Assembly: GCA_005882335.1 (NCBI GenBank)
Contig: VBAP01000040.1
Location: 1 to 55,069 of the forward strand
Direction: 5' to 3'
DNA from: Candidatus Segetimicrobium genomatis
GTDB lineage: Bacteria > Sysuimicrobiota > Sysuimicrobiia > Sysuimicrobiales > Kaftiobacteriaceae
Length of the DNA stretch: 55,069 nucleotides
A program made the translations under genes and the position numbers. The notes under the pieces are model-generated. The model searched no databases and was not told the DNA's origin. It worked only from the letters and a program-made list of their open reading frames with translations. Position 1 is the stretch's first letter. The number at the start of each line of letters is the position of its first letter. Shown here in pieces: positions 1 to 9,259 of this stretch.

Positions 1-1491
1 GATTTCTTCTTGGCCCTAGTGGAGCAGGCTCGGCCCGATCTCCTCACGCCGAGGGAAACAGAGTGGTTCGAACGGTTCGAAGGGGAACACGATAACCTCC
101 GGGCCGCGCTGGACTGGTCGCTGGAGACTGGAGAGCCGGAGGCGGTTCTGCGGATGGGTGGGGAGTTGTGGTTCTTCTGGGAGACCCACGGGTACTGGCG
201 TGAAGGGCGCACGCGCCTTGAAGCGGCACTAAACATGACCAGGGGGGCCCAAACCACCGCGCGCGCGGACGCATTACATGGGGCGGGGCGACTCGCATGG
301 TGTCAAGCCGATTTCGCTGGTGGTTCGCCTCTGCTCGAAGAAGCATTGGATCTGTCCAGGAAGCTACAGTTTAAACACGGGGTGACGAAAGCGCTCTTCA
401 CCCTGGCACTCCACATGGCCCGTCATGGAGACCTTGCTCAGGCCACCACGCTACTCGAAGAAGCGGTAGTCGTAGCCCGGGAACTGGGAATATCCCCAAT
501 GATCGCTAACCGGCTCGCCTGGCTCTGGCCCCTGGTGTACCAACGGGGAGATTTTGCGCGGGCTGTCAACCTTGCAGAGGAGTGCGCAACCGTAGCGCGG
601 GCCTGTGGCTATTTTGGTTCGGCGGCCTTTGGGCGGCGTGCGGAGGCGTGGCTGGCGCACCGGACAGGCAACTACGATGAAGCCACAGCACTGTCCAAAG
701 AGGCTCTGGCGATCCACCGGACGGAGGGCGGCGGTAGAAGCAAGGCATCATTGGCCATCCCATGGATGCTCGCTGAGTTGGGCGAGTTGGCACTGGAACA
801 GGGGAACTATCAGCAGGCGACCGCAATCTACGAAGAGAGTCTGGCCCTATCCCGTGAACTAGGAAGCAAGGACTATGTCGCCATATCTCTCAACGGGTTG
901 GCGAATTTGGCTCGGGACTTGGGAGATTTCGCCAGATCGACGGCACTGCACCAGGAGAGTCTGGACCTTGGAAAAGAGATTGAATCCCGGCCGCTCGTGG
1001 CCTCGTGTGCTTACGGCCTCGGGCTCGTTGAACGATACCGAGGCGGTCTTGACCGGGCCGCGTCGTGGCTTGACGAGAGCCTTAGCTTGTATGAAGCCAT
1101 GGGCAACGTCGCGGGCGCGGCCGACGCCTTGCACGCCCTCAGCATTGTCGCGTGTGACCTCGGCGACTACGAACGCGCGGCGGCGCTGATCCAGGAGAGT
1201 GCGCGCTTGCTCAAAGGGGGAGCTGGCAGGTTGACTCAGGCCCGATGCCTTGAAGCGTTGGCTGCCGTCGGCTCTGGCCGTGGGAACATGGATCAGGCAA
1301 CGCGCCTGCTCGCCTCGGCTTCAGCAGCGCGCGAGGTGATGGGAACGCCTCTCCCGCCCTATGATCGGGCTGACCAGGACCAAAGGCTGGCCACCCTGCG
1401 TGCCGGCCTGGGGAAAGTCTTTTCGGCGACCTGGACCGCAGGCCGCGGGTTGCCCGTGGAACAGGCCATCGGAGAAGCCCTCGGGCGGTAG
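1..1491 (+). CDS. TPR-repeat C-terminal part of a STAND/ATPase-type regulator (5' truncated by window)
   Basis: Frame is open from base 1. EHDNLRAALDWSL, LWFFWETHGYWREG and many TPR helices are typical of predicted ATPase-TPR (AfsR/MalT-like) proteins. Confidence 0.8.
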   Translation, partial: DFFLALVEQARPDLLTPRETEWFERFEGEHDNLRAALDWSLETGEPEAVLRMGGELWFFWETHGYWREGRTRLEAALNMTRGAQTTARADALHGAGRLAWCQADFAGGSPLLEEALDLSRKLQFKHGVTKALFTLALHMARHGDLAQATTLLEEAVVVARELGISPMIANRLAWLWPLVYQRGDFARAVNLAEECATVARACGYFGSAAFGRRAEAWLAHRTGNYDEATALSKEALAIHRTEGGGRSKASLAIPWMLAELGELALEQGNYQQATAIYEESLALSRELGSKDYVAISLNGLANLARDLGDFARSTALHQESLDLGKEIESRPLVASCAYGLGLVERYRGGLDRAASWLDESLSLYEAMGNVAGAADALHALSIVACDLGDYERAAALIQESARLLKGGAGRLTQARCLEALAAVGSGRGNMDQATRLLASASAAREVMGTPLPPYDRADQDQRLATLRAGLGKVFSATWTAGRGLPVEQAIGEALGR

Positions 1492-1560
1492 TTCGTAATG
1501 CAGAGAGCAACCACAGGAGAAGCCGGTCCGCGTGGTCGCTGTCCCTTGGTAGCACCTCCG

Positions 1561-2547
1561 TCAGCCTTGTGCTGAAAACCAGTCCAAGACACGCAGAGCA
1601 CGGAGTGTATTCCAGTGGCTCGCCGTTCCTCTTCCACCCTCCATGTCGAAGTGGACCTTGCCGGCGTGGGGGTTATCGAGCGGCCATCGTCCGTTCTGGT
1701 GTTGCTTCCCGGCCACCAGGTCGATGGCCTCAGCCGCTCGTTCATCGGGACCGACCCCGGCTTTCCGCAAGTAGTCCAGACCCCAAAGGACGTCGTAGTG
1801 CCAGCGAGTGGGAAACGCGAATTCTCTCCAGTCGCGATCACTTTTCCGGTCGCGATCGATCACTTTTCCGGTTGACAGGGACCTGAACAGCTTCCGTTCC
1901 AGCAGATAATCCTGGCCTCGGAGGCGAGCATCCTTTACTGCGCTGGTAGCGCCTTTCGCCTTCTCGTATTCCAGCAGTCCTTCCAGGACGCAGATCGTGG
2001 AATTGAAGGAGGACCGCTTGCTCGGTGGAGCTTCGCAGTTCCAGCCGCCATCCTGTAACTGTTCGCTGAGAAGCCGGTCGACCAGCCGATCGCTTGCCTC
2101 GCCGAAGTACGCGCCGCAGGCGAGGACCCTGCCGTTGATACAGGGTTCAACCTCGCCCTCGAAGAAGGGCGAATGGCCATGGTACGGCCCCCAGTCGCTC
2201 TTGCCACGGACCAGGCCGATCGCCTTCCGGGCTTGCGGGCTGGCCGGGTCCAGCCCCAGTTCCCTCAGCAACATCAGGGTTTCCAAGGTGGAGGCCCAGC
2301 TCTGAAAAACCCATGGGCCACCCCCCCAGTTCCCATCAGGCTCCTGGAGGCTGAGCAACCGGGCGCCCCAGCCTTCGACAGCGACACGAGACCGCTCGGC
2401 GGCGACAACCTCTTCGGGCTGGCCTGTGAGGTCACGTTCCACCTGCCATCGAATCGAAGGGTCCGAATCAAGAAGCCAACGTATGACCGCCTTCTTTGGC
2501 TTTGTGATTTCTCGTTTGACTGATGCCACCTGCTGGCTCCTCTTCAC
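1561..2547 (-). CDS. Prenyltransferase/squalene-cyclase-like alpha-barrel hypothetical protein
   Basis: 328 aa with WLLDSDPSIRWQV, QW-like repeats (QEPDGNWGG, QLQDGGWNC, QHQNGRW) and FPTRWHYDVL. Confidence 0.65.
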   Translation of the reverse strand: MKRSQQVASVKREITKPKKAVIRWLLDSDPSIRWQVERDLTGQPEEVVAAERSRVAVEGWGARLLSLQEPDGNWGGGPWVFQSWASTLETLMLLRELGLDPASPQARKAIGLVRGKSDWGPYHGHSPFFEGEVEPCINGRVLACGAYFGEASDRLVDRLLSEQLQDGGWNCEAPPSKRSSFNSTICVLEGLLEYEKAKGATSAVKDARLRGQDYLLERKLFRSLSTGKVIDRDRKSDRDWREFAFPTRWHYDVLWGLDYLRKAGVGPDERAAEAIDLVAGKQHQNGRWPLDNPHAGKVHFDMEGGRGTASHWNTLRALRVLDWFSAQG

Positions 2548-2609
2548 TACCGTAATGCAATGGTCAACTCTGGGAGAACATCTTGCCCTATGCTAATGCC
2601 CGCGCCTCG

Positions 2610-2860
2610 GGGTCGGGGGTTCAAATCACCGATCGCAGCTTAATCGGCGAATCGTGAATCGAAGATGAGTTGGTGGAGACGAGGGGATTTGAACCCGTGC
2701 CCCGCCGGTCGCTCCGCTCCCTCCTCCGGGGGACTGTTCCCCCGGATCGCTCGCGACGGTATTCGATACCGTGCCGTGTTGATCTTCGCGCTCGCTGCCC
2801 CCTTTACCAACCTGGGGGAGTACCTCCCCCGCACCCCCCTCGGGTCGCGGGTTCAAATCA
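2610..2860 (-). repeat. tRNA-Ala 3'-end duplicate plus two inverted T-arm copies enclosing a hairpin-rich unit
   Basis: tggtggagacgaggggatttgaacccg (2671-2697) copies the tRNA 3' end. gggtcgcgggttcaaatca (2842-2860) and gggtcgggggttcaaatca (2610-2628) are inverted T-arm copies. Confidence 0.8.
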
Positions 2861-2876
2861 ACTCAATAACTGATCT

Positions 2877-2951
2877 TGGTGGAGACGGCGGGATTTGAAC
2901 CCGCGACCCCCTGCGTGCAAAGCAGGTGCTCTCCCGCTGAGCTACGTCCCC
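2877..2951 (-). tRNA. tRNA-Ala(TGC)
   Basis: Minus strand reads GGGGACGTAGCTCAGCGGGAGAGCACCTGCTTTGCACGCAGG...GGTTCAAATCCCGCCGTCTCCACCA, with anticodon TGC, G3:U70 pair and encoded CCA. Confidence 0.97.
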
Positions 2952-2988
2952 ACGGATGACCATTATATAGGCTCCTTGACCAACAGCG

Positions 2989-3489
2989 CTATCTCACAGG
3001 TTTGCGCCCAGGTCTGGGTTTCAGCAGCATCGAGAACATCATGATGTGCGTGACCAGCAACGCAGGTACGGCATACGTGGGAATGTACCAGGCGGCGCCC
3101 AGCGGAGTATTGGCAACATTGAGGCGTATCCCTTGAGCAAGCGCGTTGAGTAGGTCGGCGAATCCCTCGATGTTGAAGATCCATACGAGCGCGATGGCGT
3201 AGCTCGCGCGGGCGCGCAGGGCAGCAATGGAGACCAGCGCCAGCACCGCTGCGACCAGGTCTCCATAGGCCACCTGGAGGGCAAACGCCCGTGGAACCCC
3301 AGGGCCGACGACGGCGCTGACCAGCAGCGTCATGCCCACGGTGCGGGTGGCGTGGTGCAGCAGCAATGGCTGGAGTGCTGCACTCAACGGCATAGTCGCA
3401 AGCCGTGGCGCAACGTACCACCGCGCGATGAGAGCGTATACTAGGAGACTCCCAGCGAACTGCAAACCAAAGATCTCGAAATTTCCCAT
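2989..3489 (-). CDS. Hypothetical multi-pass membrane protein
   Basis: 166 aa with about 5 hydrophobic segments (AYGDLVAAVLAL, IFNIEGFADL). AAGGGGG RBS upstream. Confidence 0.7.
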   Translation of the reverse strand: MGNFEIFGLQFAGSLLVYALIARWYVAPRLATMPLSAALQPLLLHHATRTVGMTLLVSAVVGPGVPRAFALQVAYGDLVAAVLALVSIAALRARASYAIALVWIFNIEGFADLLNALAQGIRLNVANTPLGAAWYIPTYAVPALLVTHIMMFSMLLKPRPGRKPVR

Positions 3490-3555
3490 TCGAATCCCCC
3501 TTTCAGATCGCAGTTAACAGGTCTCGAACTGCGCTGCGGTCAAGTAGCCTAGGCG

Positions 3556-4722
3556 GTGCCTCCTTCATCTTTCTCGCGTAGCTTTCTCCTCCTTTGGTCC
3601 GTCACATTCCTGGCTTACTTCAGCTTTCAACTAACGACGGCGAGTCTTCCCCTCTACGCCGTCTCGTTAGGGGCCGACGACGCCGCCATCGGGCTGCTGA
3701 CAGGGGTCATCGCTCTGGGCTCACTCGTCTCCCGGCCATGGGTGGGACAGTGGCTCGATCGCGGCGGGGCGCGGTGGAGCATGCCGGCGGCGGGGAGTTT
3801 GTTCGCCGTGTCGGCCGTGGGCTTCTTGGTGTCGCACGCCGTCACAGACCTGATCGCATTCCGCGTCCTGTCGGGCGTCGCCATCGCGCTGCTCGCGACC
3901 TCATCCCAGGTCCTGACCATCGGTATGGCGCCGGAGCAACGGCGGGGCGAGGCGCTGAGCTTGTTGAGTCTGGCGCTCGGCATCGGGCAGGGCGCCGGCC
4001 CGGGGGTGGGGATCGCGGTCGCGCGCAGCATAAGTTACCAGGGGTTGTTCGCCACTTGCGCCGTACTAGGGGTCTGCAGTACAGGCCTGGCGCTGTCGCT
4101 CCGACCCGTTCCCCCGCAACCATCTCCGCCACGGACCGCCCGGTTCATCCATCCCGCTGTCGTGATCCCGGGACTGGTCCTTGTCGCCGTAATGATCACC
4201 TTTGGAGTAAACTTCGCGCTGCTCGCGGTTCATGCCAGCCGCCGGAGTCTCGCCAATCCCGGCTTGGTTTTCGCCGCATATGCGGTTGGACAGATCTCTA
4301 CGCAGGCACTGCTGCGCCGCGTCTCTGACCGGTTCGGCCGTGGTGCAGCCATCGGGCCGGGGCTTGTGCTGACGGGACTGGGGATGTGGACGCTCGGACT
4401 CGTCTCGGGATGGTGGCTGCTACTGGGTGCGTTGCTGTCAGGCGCGGGACAGGGAATGACACAGCCGGCGATTTATGCGCTGGGGTCGGACCTCGTCGCG
4501 GCCAATGAACGCGGCATCGCGATGGGCACTCTCGGGGTCTTCCTTGAGATCGGCATCGCGGCAGGCGCGATCGGCGGTGGTGTAGTCGGGAGGGCGGTTG
4601 GGCTCGGAACAACGTTTTTGCTCGCCGGAAGCATCGCCGGAATCGCGGGGGCGCTACAGCGATTCATCCTCGACCCCAGGCAACTCCGGCGGCGCGCGAG
4701 CCGTCTACAGCCGAAGCAATAA
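3556..4722 (+). CDS. MFS transporter
   Basis: 388 aa with about 12 TM segments and motif-A-like GQWLDRGG and RVSDRFGR. Confidence 0.9.
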   Translation: MPPSSFSRSFLLLWSVTFLAYFSFQLTTASLPLYAVSLGADDAAIGLLTGVIALGSLVSRPWVGQWLDRGGARWSMPAAGSLFAVSAVGFLVSHAVTDLIAFRVLSGVAIALLATSSQVLTIGMAPEQRRGEALSLLSLALGIGQGAGPGVGIAVARSISYQGLFATCAVLGVCSTGLALSLRPVPPQPSPPRTARFIHPAVVIPGLVLVAVMITFGVNFALLAVHASRRSLANPGLVFAAYAVGQISTQALLRRVSDRFGRGAAIGPGLVLTGLGMWTLGLVSGWWLLLGALLSGAGQGMTQPAIYALGSDLVAANERGIAMGTLGVFLEIGIAAGAIGGGVVGRAVGLGTTFLLAGSIAGIAGALQRFILDPRQLRRRASRLQPKQ

Positions 4723-4808
4723 GGGCACAACTGATTTTGCGGGAACCCCGTTCTCCCGGAAATCGTATGAAAACAACGGAGTCTGCTGCACCCCAGGAGG
4801 CGTAGCCC

Positions 4809-5285
4809 ATGCGGATTAGCAGAGTGATCGCGATGACGATCGTGCTTGTATTGGCGATCACCTCGTTCTGGCCAGCCCTGCCCGCTGAGGCCAAACCGGC
4901 GAAGCCCGCCAAGGTCAAGAATTACAAGGCCGGGGAGGTGTTCTGTCCCGCGGGGCTGTTGGTCTTCGGCAACATCGTGATCCAGTCGGGGCGGTGCTAC
5001 CTACTCTTCGTGCTGCGAGATGACCGGGGGACGTTCCTGGCGTTCGCCGCGCCGGACACGAAGATTCCTCCGGGACAGCTGGTCCGGCTGCACACTCCGG
5101 CCGGCGCGAAGCTGAAGGGCCGCATCTTCTACCTGGTGCCGATTCGGACGAGCGCAGCCGTCGTCCCGATGGACTCAGTGATGCTGATTGCAGTCAGGGC
5201 GGACGACTTCGGGCCGCAGCTGTCACTGACGATTGTGGGCACGCCGGCGCCCAACCTGACTGTGATCTTTAACGTGAGATTCTAG
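4809..5285 (+). CDS. Hypothetical secreted beta-rich protein
   Basis: AGGAGG RBS, N-terminal signal peptide ending PAEA, two Cys residues. Confidence 0.7.
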   Translation: MRISRVIAMTIVLVLAITSFWPALPAEAKPAKPAKVKNYKAGEVFCPAGLLVFGNIVIQSGRCYLLFVLRDDRGTFLAFAAPDTKIPPGQLVRLHTPAGAKLKGRIFYLVPIRTSAAVVPMDSVMLIAVRADDFGPQLSLTIVGTPAPNLTVIFNVRF

Positions 5286-5308
5286 GCGTTCGTCGGGTCC
5301 GGTGAAAG

Positions 5309-5504
5309 CTCGAGGCCACTTTGTGGTGGCCTCGAGTCATTTCCAACCCATGCGTCGTTGCGAGCCCGTAGGGCGAAGCAATCCCCCGTTGCGAGGGGCG
5401 AAGCCCCGTGGCAATCTCCACCCGGGAGGAGATCGCTTCGCTGCGCTCGCGATGACGGCGTAAAGTAAGGAGATCCCCACGTCGCTTCGCTCCTCGCGAT
5501 GACA
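5309..5504. repeat. Cluster of REP/RPE-like palindromes (GTCATTGCGAG..GCAATC family)
   Basis: Several gtcgttgcgag..gcgaagcaatc and gagatcgcttcg..ctcgcgatgac units, plus hairpin ctcgaggccac/gtggcctcgag, between convergent genes. Same family as 18770-18842. Confidence 0.8.
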
Positions 5505-5559
5505 AATTGGAACCGCCTCGCCTTGATAAAACGGAACGCGCCTCGCGACGACAAACACT

Positions 5560-7836
5560 TCATGCTCGCTTGGTTTCGCGAAGCGCTGCCAGCAACTTCT
5601 GGGGCGTAATGGGCAGCGAGTAGGGGTGAACCCCGGTGGCGTCGGCGATGGCGTTGGCGATGGCCGCGGCGCCGGGTATCACGGGTGGCTCTCCGACTCC
5701 CTTGGCACCGAACGGTCCAGAGTCCGACGGCACCTGGACCATGACGGTCTCCATCTGCGGAACGTCCATCGCCCTTGGCAGGGGATATTCTGCAAACGTG
5801 CTGTGGAGCAGGTTACCCTGTTCGTCGTACGCCATCGCCTCCAGCAGCCCCCACCCAAGTCCCTGGGCGGCGCCGCCTCGCATCTGGCCTTCGACCGCTG
5901 CCGGGTTGATGGGGAAGCCGACATCTTGAATGACGACGCAGTCAAGCAGCTGCACGAGTCCGGTCTCCTGGTCCACGCGCACCTTGGCCAGATGCGCTGC
6001 GAATCCGGGAGACGCTTTCGGGGACGGGATCGAGCCGTTGCCGAAAACTGGCGCGTACCGCGCGCCAAAGGCCATGCTCTTCTTGAGGATCTCCGCGAGC
6101 GGCAGCGCCCGCTGCGGCGTTCCCTTGACGCGCACGGTGCCGTCCACGATCTCCAGGTCGTCGCCTCGCGCCTCCATCTCGGATGCGGCAATCGCCAGGA
6201 TCTGCTTACGCGCATCCTCGGCCGCGAGCTTCACCGCCGTGCCGACGGTGTACGTCGTCTTGCTGCCCCCCGACATCCCGGCGTAGGGCGCCTGGTCCGT
6301 GTCTGCGGTGACGACACGGATCAGGCCTGGATCCACCCCCAGTATCTCTGCCGCGATCAGCCGCATGGAGGTGGCCACGCCGGTGATATCCACCGCACCC
6401 ACGATTACGTGAAACGTTCCATCGGTGTTGGCCCGCACGCAGGCTGCCGCCGACTCCACTCCGCCGGGCCAGCCGCCGACGGCCACCCCGTACCCGATGC
6501 CGTCGCCCTTGACTCGGTTCCTCCACTTCGGGTGCTCCTGCAGCGTCTGGAGCACCTGCCGCAGCCCCTGCTTCTGCCACGGCCGGCCGTTGGGCATGGG
6601 GTCGCCTGTGTCCGACGCGTTGCGCAGCCGAAACTCGACCGGATCCAGGCGGAGCTTCTCTGCCATGACGCTCATTTGAGATTCGATCGCGAAGGTGGCC
6701 TGCGGCGCGCCGGGTGCGCGGTACGCGCCGTTGGGCGGTTTGTGCGTGAGCACCTCCAGCGATTCGATATCCAGATGGGGCACTTTGTAGTAGCCGCCGA
6801 GCAGGATCGCGGCGATGGACGCCGGTGCGCCGGGTGACGCGCCGGAGTCGAATACCATGCGGGCCTGCAGCGCGGTCAATGTCCCGTCTCGCCTGGCGCC
6901 GCTCTTCAGCCGGATCTCGCATTCCGGCCCGGGGTTTCCCAGCAGGAAATCGTCCCGGCGGCTGAGGACCAGCCGCACGGGTCGCCTGTGCATCAATGCC
7001 AGCGCCGCCGCCAGAGGCTCTAGCAGCACGATCTTCCCGCCGAACCCACCGCCCACCGTCATGGGGACGATGCGCACGTCCTGTTGTGGAAACCCCAGCG
7101 CTTCTGCCGTCTCGCTGCGCACATAGAACTGCCCCTGGGTCGACGTGTAGACTGTCACCGCCCGGCCGGCGGGATCCGGCACGGCGATCGAGGCGTGCGG
7201 TTCCATGTAAGCCTGGTGCAACCGCGCCGTGGTGTAGGTCTGCTCCACGACCACATCGGCGTCGCGGAATCCTTGAGCCACATCTCCTCGCGTGAAGTGA
7301 AAACGGTTCGACACGTTGCTCGGCGTCCGCTCTTGCGTCTGCTGCGCGGCGACGGCCGCGTGGCCCTGCGCTTCCTCGTCCTCCTCCGCGTCCGGCGCAA
7401 CGAGTGGCGCACCGTCGCGCATCGCTTCGTCAGGCGTCAGCACGGCACGGAGCACTTCGTACTCGACCGCTGTACCGAGACGGTCGGCACCGTCCACCGC
7501 CGCGGCTTCACTCTCTGCCAGAACGGCCGCCACCGGCTGGCCGGTGTACCGCACCTCCTCATTGGCCAGCAACTGGCTGGAGACGCCATCGGGAAGATCC
7601 GCCTCGGTCACGACCGCCACGACGCCGGGGACCGCCAGGGTGATCTCGCGAGGGACCCTTACCATACGGGCGTGCGGGTGCGGACTGAGGACCAGGCGGG
7701 CGTGGAGCATGCCCGGCAGATAGAGGTCTTCCGTGTAGCGGGCCGCGCCGGTGACCTTCTCGAGCCCCTCGATGCGCTTGGTCGGCCTACCGACAACCCG
7801 CGACTGGTGACTGGTGACTGGCGACTGGCTACTCAA
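5560..7836 (-). CDS. Xanthine dehydrogenase-family molybdopterin-binding (large) subunit
   Basis: KVTGAARYTEDL, HQAYMEPH, VGGGFGGK, AYRAPG, GPFGAKGVGEPP. TTG start overlaps the dgt stop, with GGAGGAGG RBS. Confidence 0.93.
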   Translation of the reverse strand: MSSQSPVTSHQSRVVGRPTKRIEGLEKVTGAARYTEDLYLPGMLHARLVLSPHPHARMVRVPREITLAVPGVVAVVTEADLPDGVSSQLLANEEVRYTGQPVAAVLAESEAAAVDGADRLGTAVEYEVLRAVLTPDEAMRDGAPLVAPDAEEDEEAQGHAAVAAQQTQERTPSNVSNRFHFTRGDVAQGFRDADVVVEQTYTTARLHQAYMEPHASIAVPDPAGRAVTVYTSTQGQFYVRSETAEALGFPQQDVRIVPMTVGGGFGGKIVLLEPLAAALALMHRRPVRLVLSRRDDFLLGNPGPECEIRLKSGARRDGTLTALQARMVFDSGASPGAPASIAAILLGGYYKVPHLDIESLEVLTHKPPNGAYRAPGAPQATFAIESQMSVMAEKLRLDPVEFRLRNASDTGDPMPNGRPWQKQGLRQVLQTLQEHPKWRNRVKGDGIGYGVAVGGWPGGVESAAACVRANTDGTFHVIVGAVDITGVATSMRLIAAEILGVDPGLIRVVTADTDQAPYAGMSGGSKTTYTVGTAVKLAAEDARKQILAIAASEMEARGDDLEIVDGTVRVKGTPQRALPLAEILKKSMAFGARYAPVFGNGSIPSPKASPGFAAHLAKVRVDQETGLVQLLDCVVIQDVGFPINPAAVEGQMRGGAAQGLGWGLLEAMAYDEQGNLLHSTFAEYPLPRAMDVPQMETVMVQVPSDSGPFGAKGVGEPPVIPGAAAIANAIADATGVHPYSLPITPQKLLAALRETKRA
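7802..7829. repeat. Heptamer tandem repeat (gactggy x4) inside the XdhA-like N-terminus
   Basis: gactggt gactggt gactggc gactggc, encoding SQSPVTSHQS. Confidence 0.8.
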
Positions 7837-9104
7837 GGTGTGGTTCCTCCTCCAAATCCAAACTCATACGTCTCAAACAGCCGGTTGTATAGATCGAGCG
7901 CAGAACGGTCGGTCAGCCCGGATACAAAGTCACACACCACGCGGTGCCGGTCGGTACCGTCCAGACGCTCCTGGATTGGCCGCGGCAGCAACCGGGGTTC
8001 GTCCACGAACGCGTCGAACAACCCGCGAATGATGCGCCTCGCTTTCTGCTCCATCACCAGCTTCTCTGGATGATAGTAGACTTCTTCTCGCAGGTAGGTC
8101 GCTAGTTGCTGGAGCTGATGCGTGAGCAGCTCGCTCATCGCCACCAGGCGGTGGGGATGCCGCGGGGCCATGCCGGCCGACGTGATGCGGTTCCGTTGAA
8201 TCTGCGCGTCGGATGTCCCGATCACGTCTTCCACGAGGCGCCCGATCATCCACCGGATCGATTCGCGGATGCGGACATCACGGCGCTTCCAAGAGTCCAG
8301 CGGCAGCGGGTCGCGGGGTACTTCACCCCGCACCTCCTCCAGGGTCAGCTCCACCTGTGTCTCTGCGGTGTCGCGCCGGGCCAGCACGTGGTCCGCGTGC
8401 TGCAGCGCCTCGATCCACAACTCGATGCCACGCGCGGCCAGGCGGTGCTCGTCCGCGAGCCCGATGTGCAGGGCATCGTCGAGATCGTGCGTGCTGTAGG
8501 CAATCATGTCTGCCACATCAACGACCTGGCCCTCCAACGATGCGTGCGGAAACTCCGAGAATTCGGCGGGAACCTTCGGCGCGTCGTAAATCGTGGCATG
8601 CATGGCGACGCCCTGTCGCACGTCCCAGCTAAGGTTCAAACCTGGGTACATCGCATAGCGAACTTCCAGCTCGTCGACCACACGGAGCGACTGCAGGTTG
8701 TGCTCGAATCCTCCGTGCTCGCGCATCAGCAGGTGCAGCTCCTGCTCCCCGGCATGGCCGAACGGAGGATGCCCCAGGTCGTGCGCGAGAGCAATCGCTT
8801 CCACAAGATCGCTGTTCAACATGAGTGCAGACGCAATGCTTCGCGCAATCTGCGCCACCTCAAGCGTGTGCGTCAGGCGGGTGCGGTACAGATCGCCCTC
8901 CGTGACAACGAATACCTGCGTTTTGTGCTGCAGCCGGCGAAACGCCGTGGAGTGCAGCACGCGGTCTCGGTCGCGCTGGAACTCAGTCCGGTACGCGTCG
9001 GGCCGCTCGTGATAGCGGCGCCGCGTGGAGGCGCTGCGCACCGCGTACGGAGCCAGCGCAGACGCCTCGAGTGTTTCGCGTGCCGCACGTTCAAATGGCA
9101 TCAT
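7833..9104 (-). CDS. dgt: Deoxyguanosinetriphosphate triphosphohydrolase (dGTPase)
   Basis: RTEFQRDRDRVLHSTAFRRLQHKTQVF, RTRLTHTLEVAQ, HDLGHPPFGHAGE, DFVSGLTD. Confidence 0.95.
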   Translation of the reverse strand: MMPFERAARETLEASALAPYAVRSASTRRRYHERPDAYRTEFQRDRDRVLHSTAFRRLQHKTQVFVVTEGDLYRTRLTHTLEVAQIARSIASALMLNSDLVEAIALAHDLGHPPFGHAGEQELHLLMREHGGFEHNLQSLRVVDELEVRYAMYPGLNLSWDVRQGVAMHATIYDAPKVPAEFSEFPHASLEGQVVDVADMIAYSTHDLDDALHIGLADEHRLAARGIELWIEALQHADHVLARRDTAETQVELTLEEVRGEVPRDPLPLDSWKRRDVRIRESIRWMIGRLVEDVIGTSDAQIQRNRITSAGMAPRHPHRLVAMSELLTHQLQQLATYLREEVYYHPEKLVMEQKARRIIRGLFDAFVDEPRLLPRPIQERLDGTDRHRVVCDFVSGLTDRSALDLYNRLFETYEFGFGGGTTP

Positions 9105-9217
9105 GAACCTCAGGGAAATCTCGTGCTGATTTCCGTCCCGCGCAGACCATCTCCTGTTTCATCACGATGCGTGGACAAGGCACCCTATGCACATCGTCCA
9201 GCGATCACATCACATCG

Positions 9218-9226
9218 TGTTATACT
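9218..9226 (+). promoter_or_regulatory. Candidate extended -10 promoter element
   Basis: TGtTATACT about 35 nt upstream of the ATG at 9260. Confidence 0.45.
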
Positions 9227-9259
9227 AAAGGCGCCCGCGCGTAAATGTGCGGTGATTCG

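Noticed and set aside
1831-1872. Imperfect tandem duplication gtcgcgatcacttttccg in the cyclase-like gene
   Set aside because: The frame is preserved, it occurs once and it appears to lie in a variable loop, so there is no evidence of function.
1495-2559. 9-bp direct repeat cgtaatgca flanking the cyclase-like gene
   Set aside because: Too short to exclude chance, and no element ends are visible.
2671-2840. tmRNA-like appearance (tRNA-Ala-type 3' end with CCA after a structured region)
   Set aside because: Only about 170 nt, no tag ORF ending in AA-stop, a mismatched T-stem and no tmRNA 5' motif. It is better explained as a duplicate of the adjacent tRNA end.
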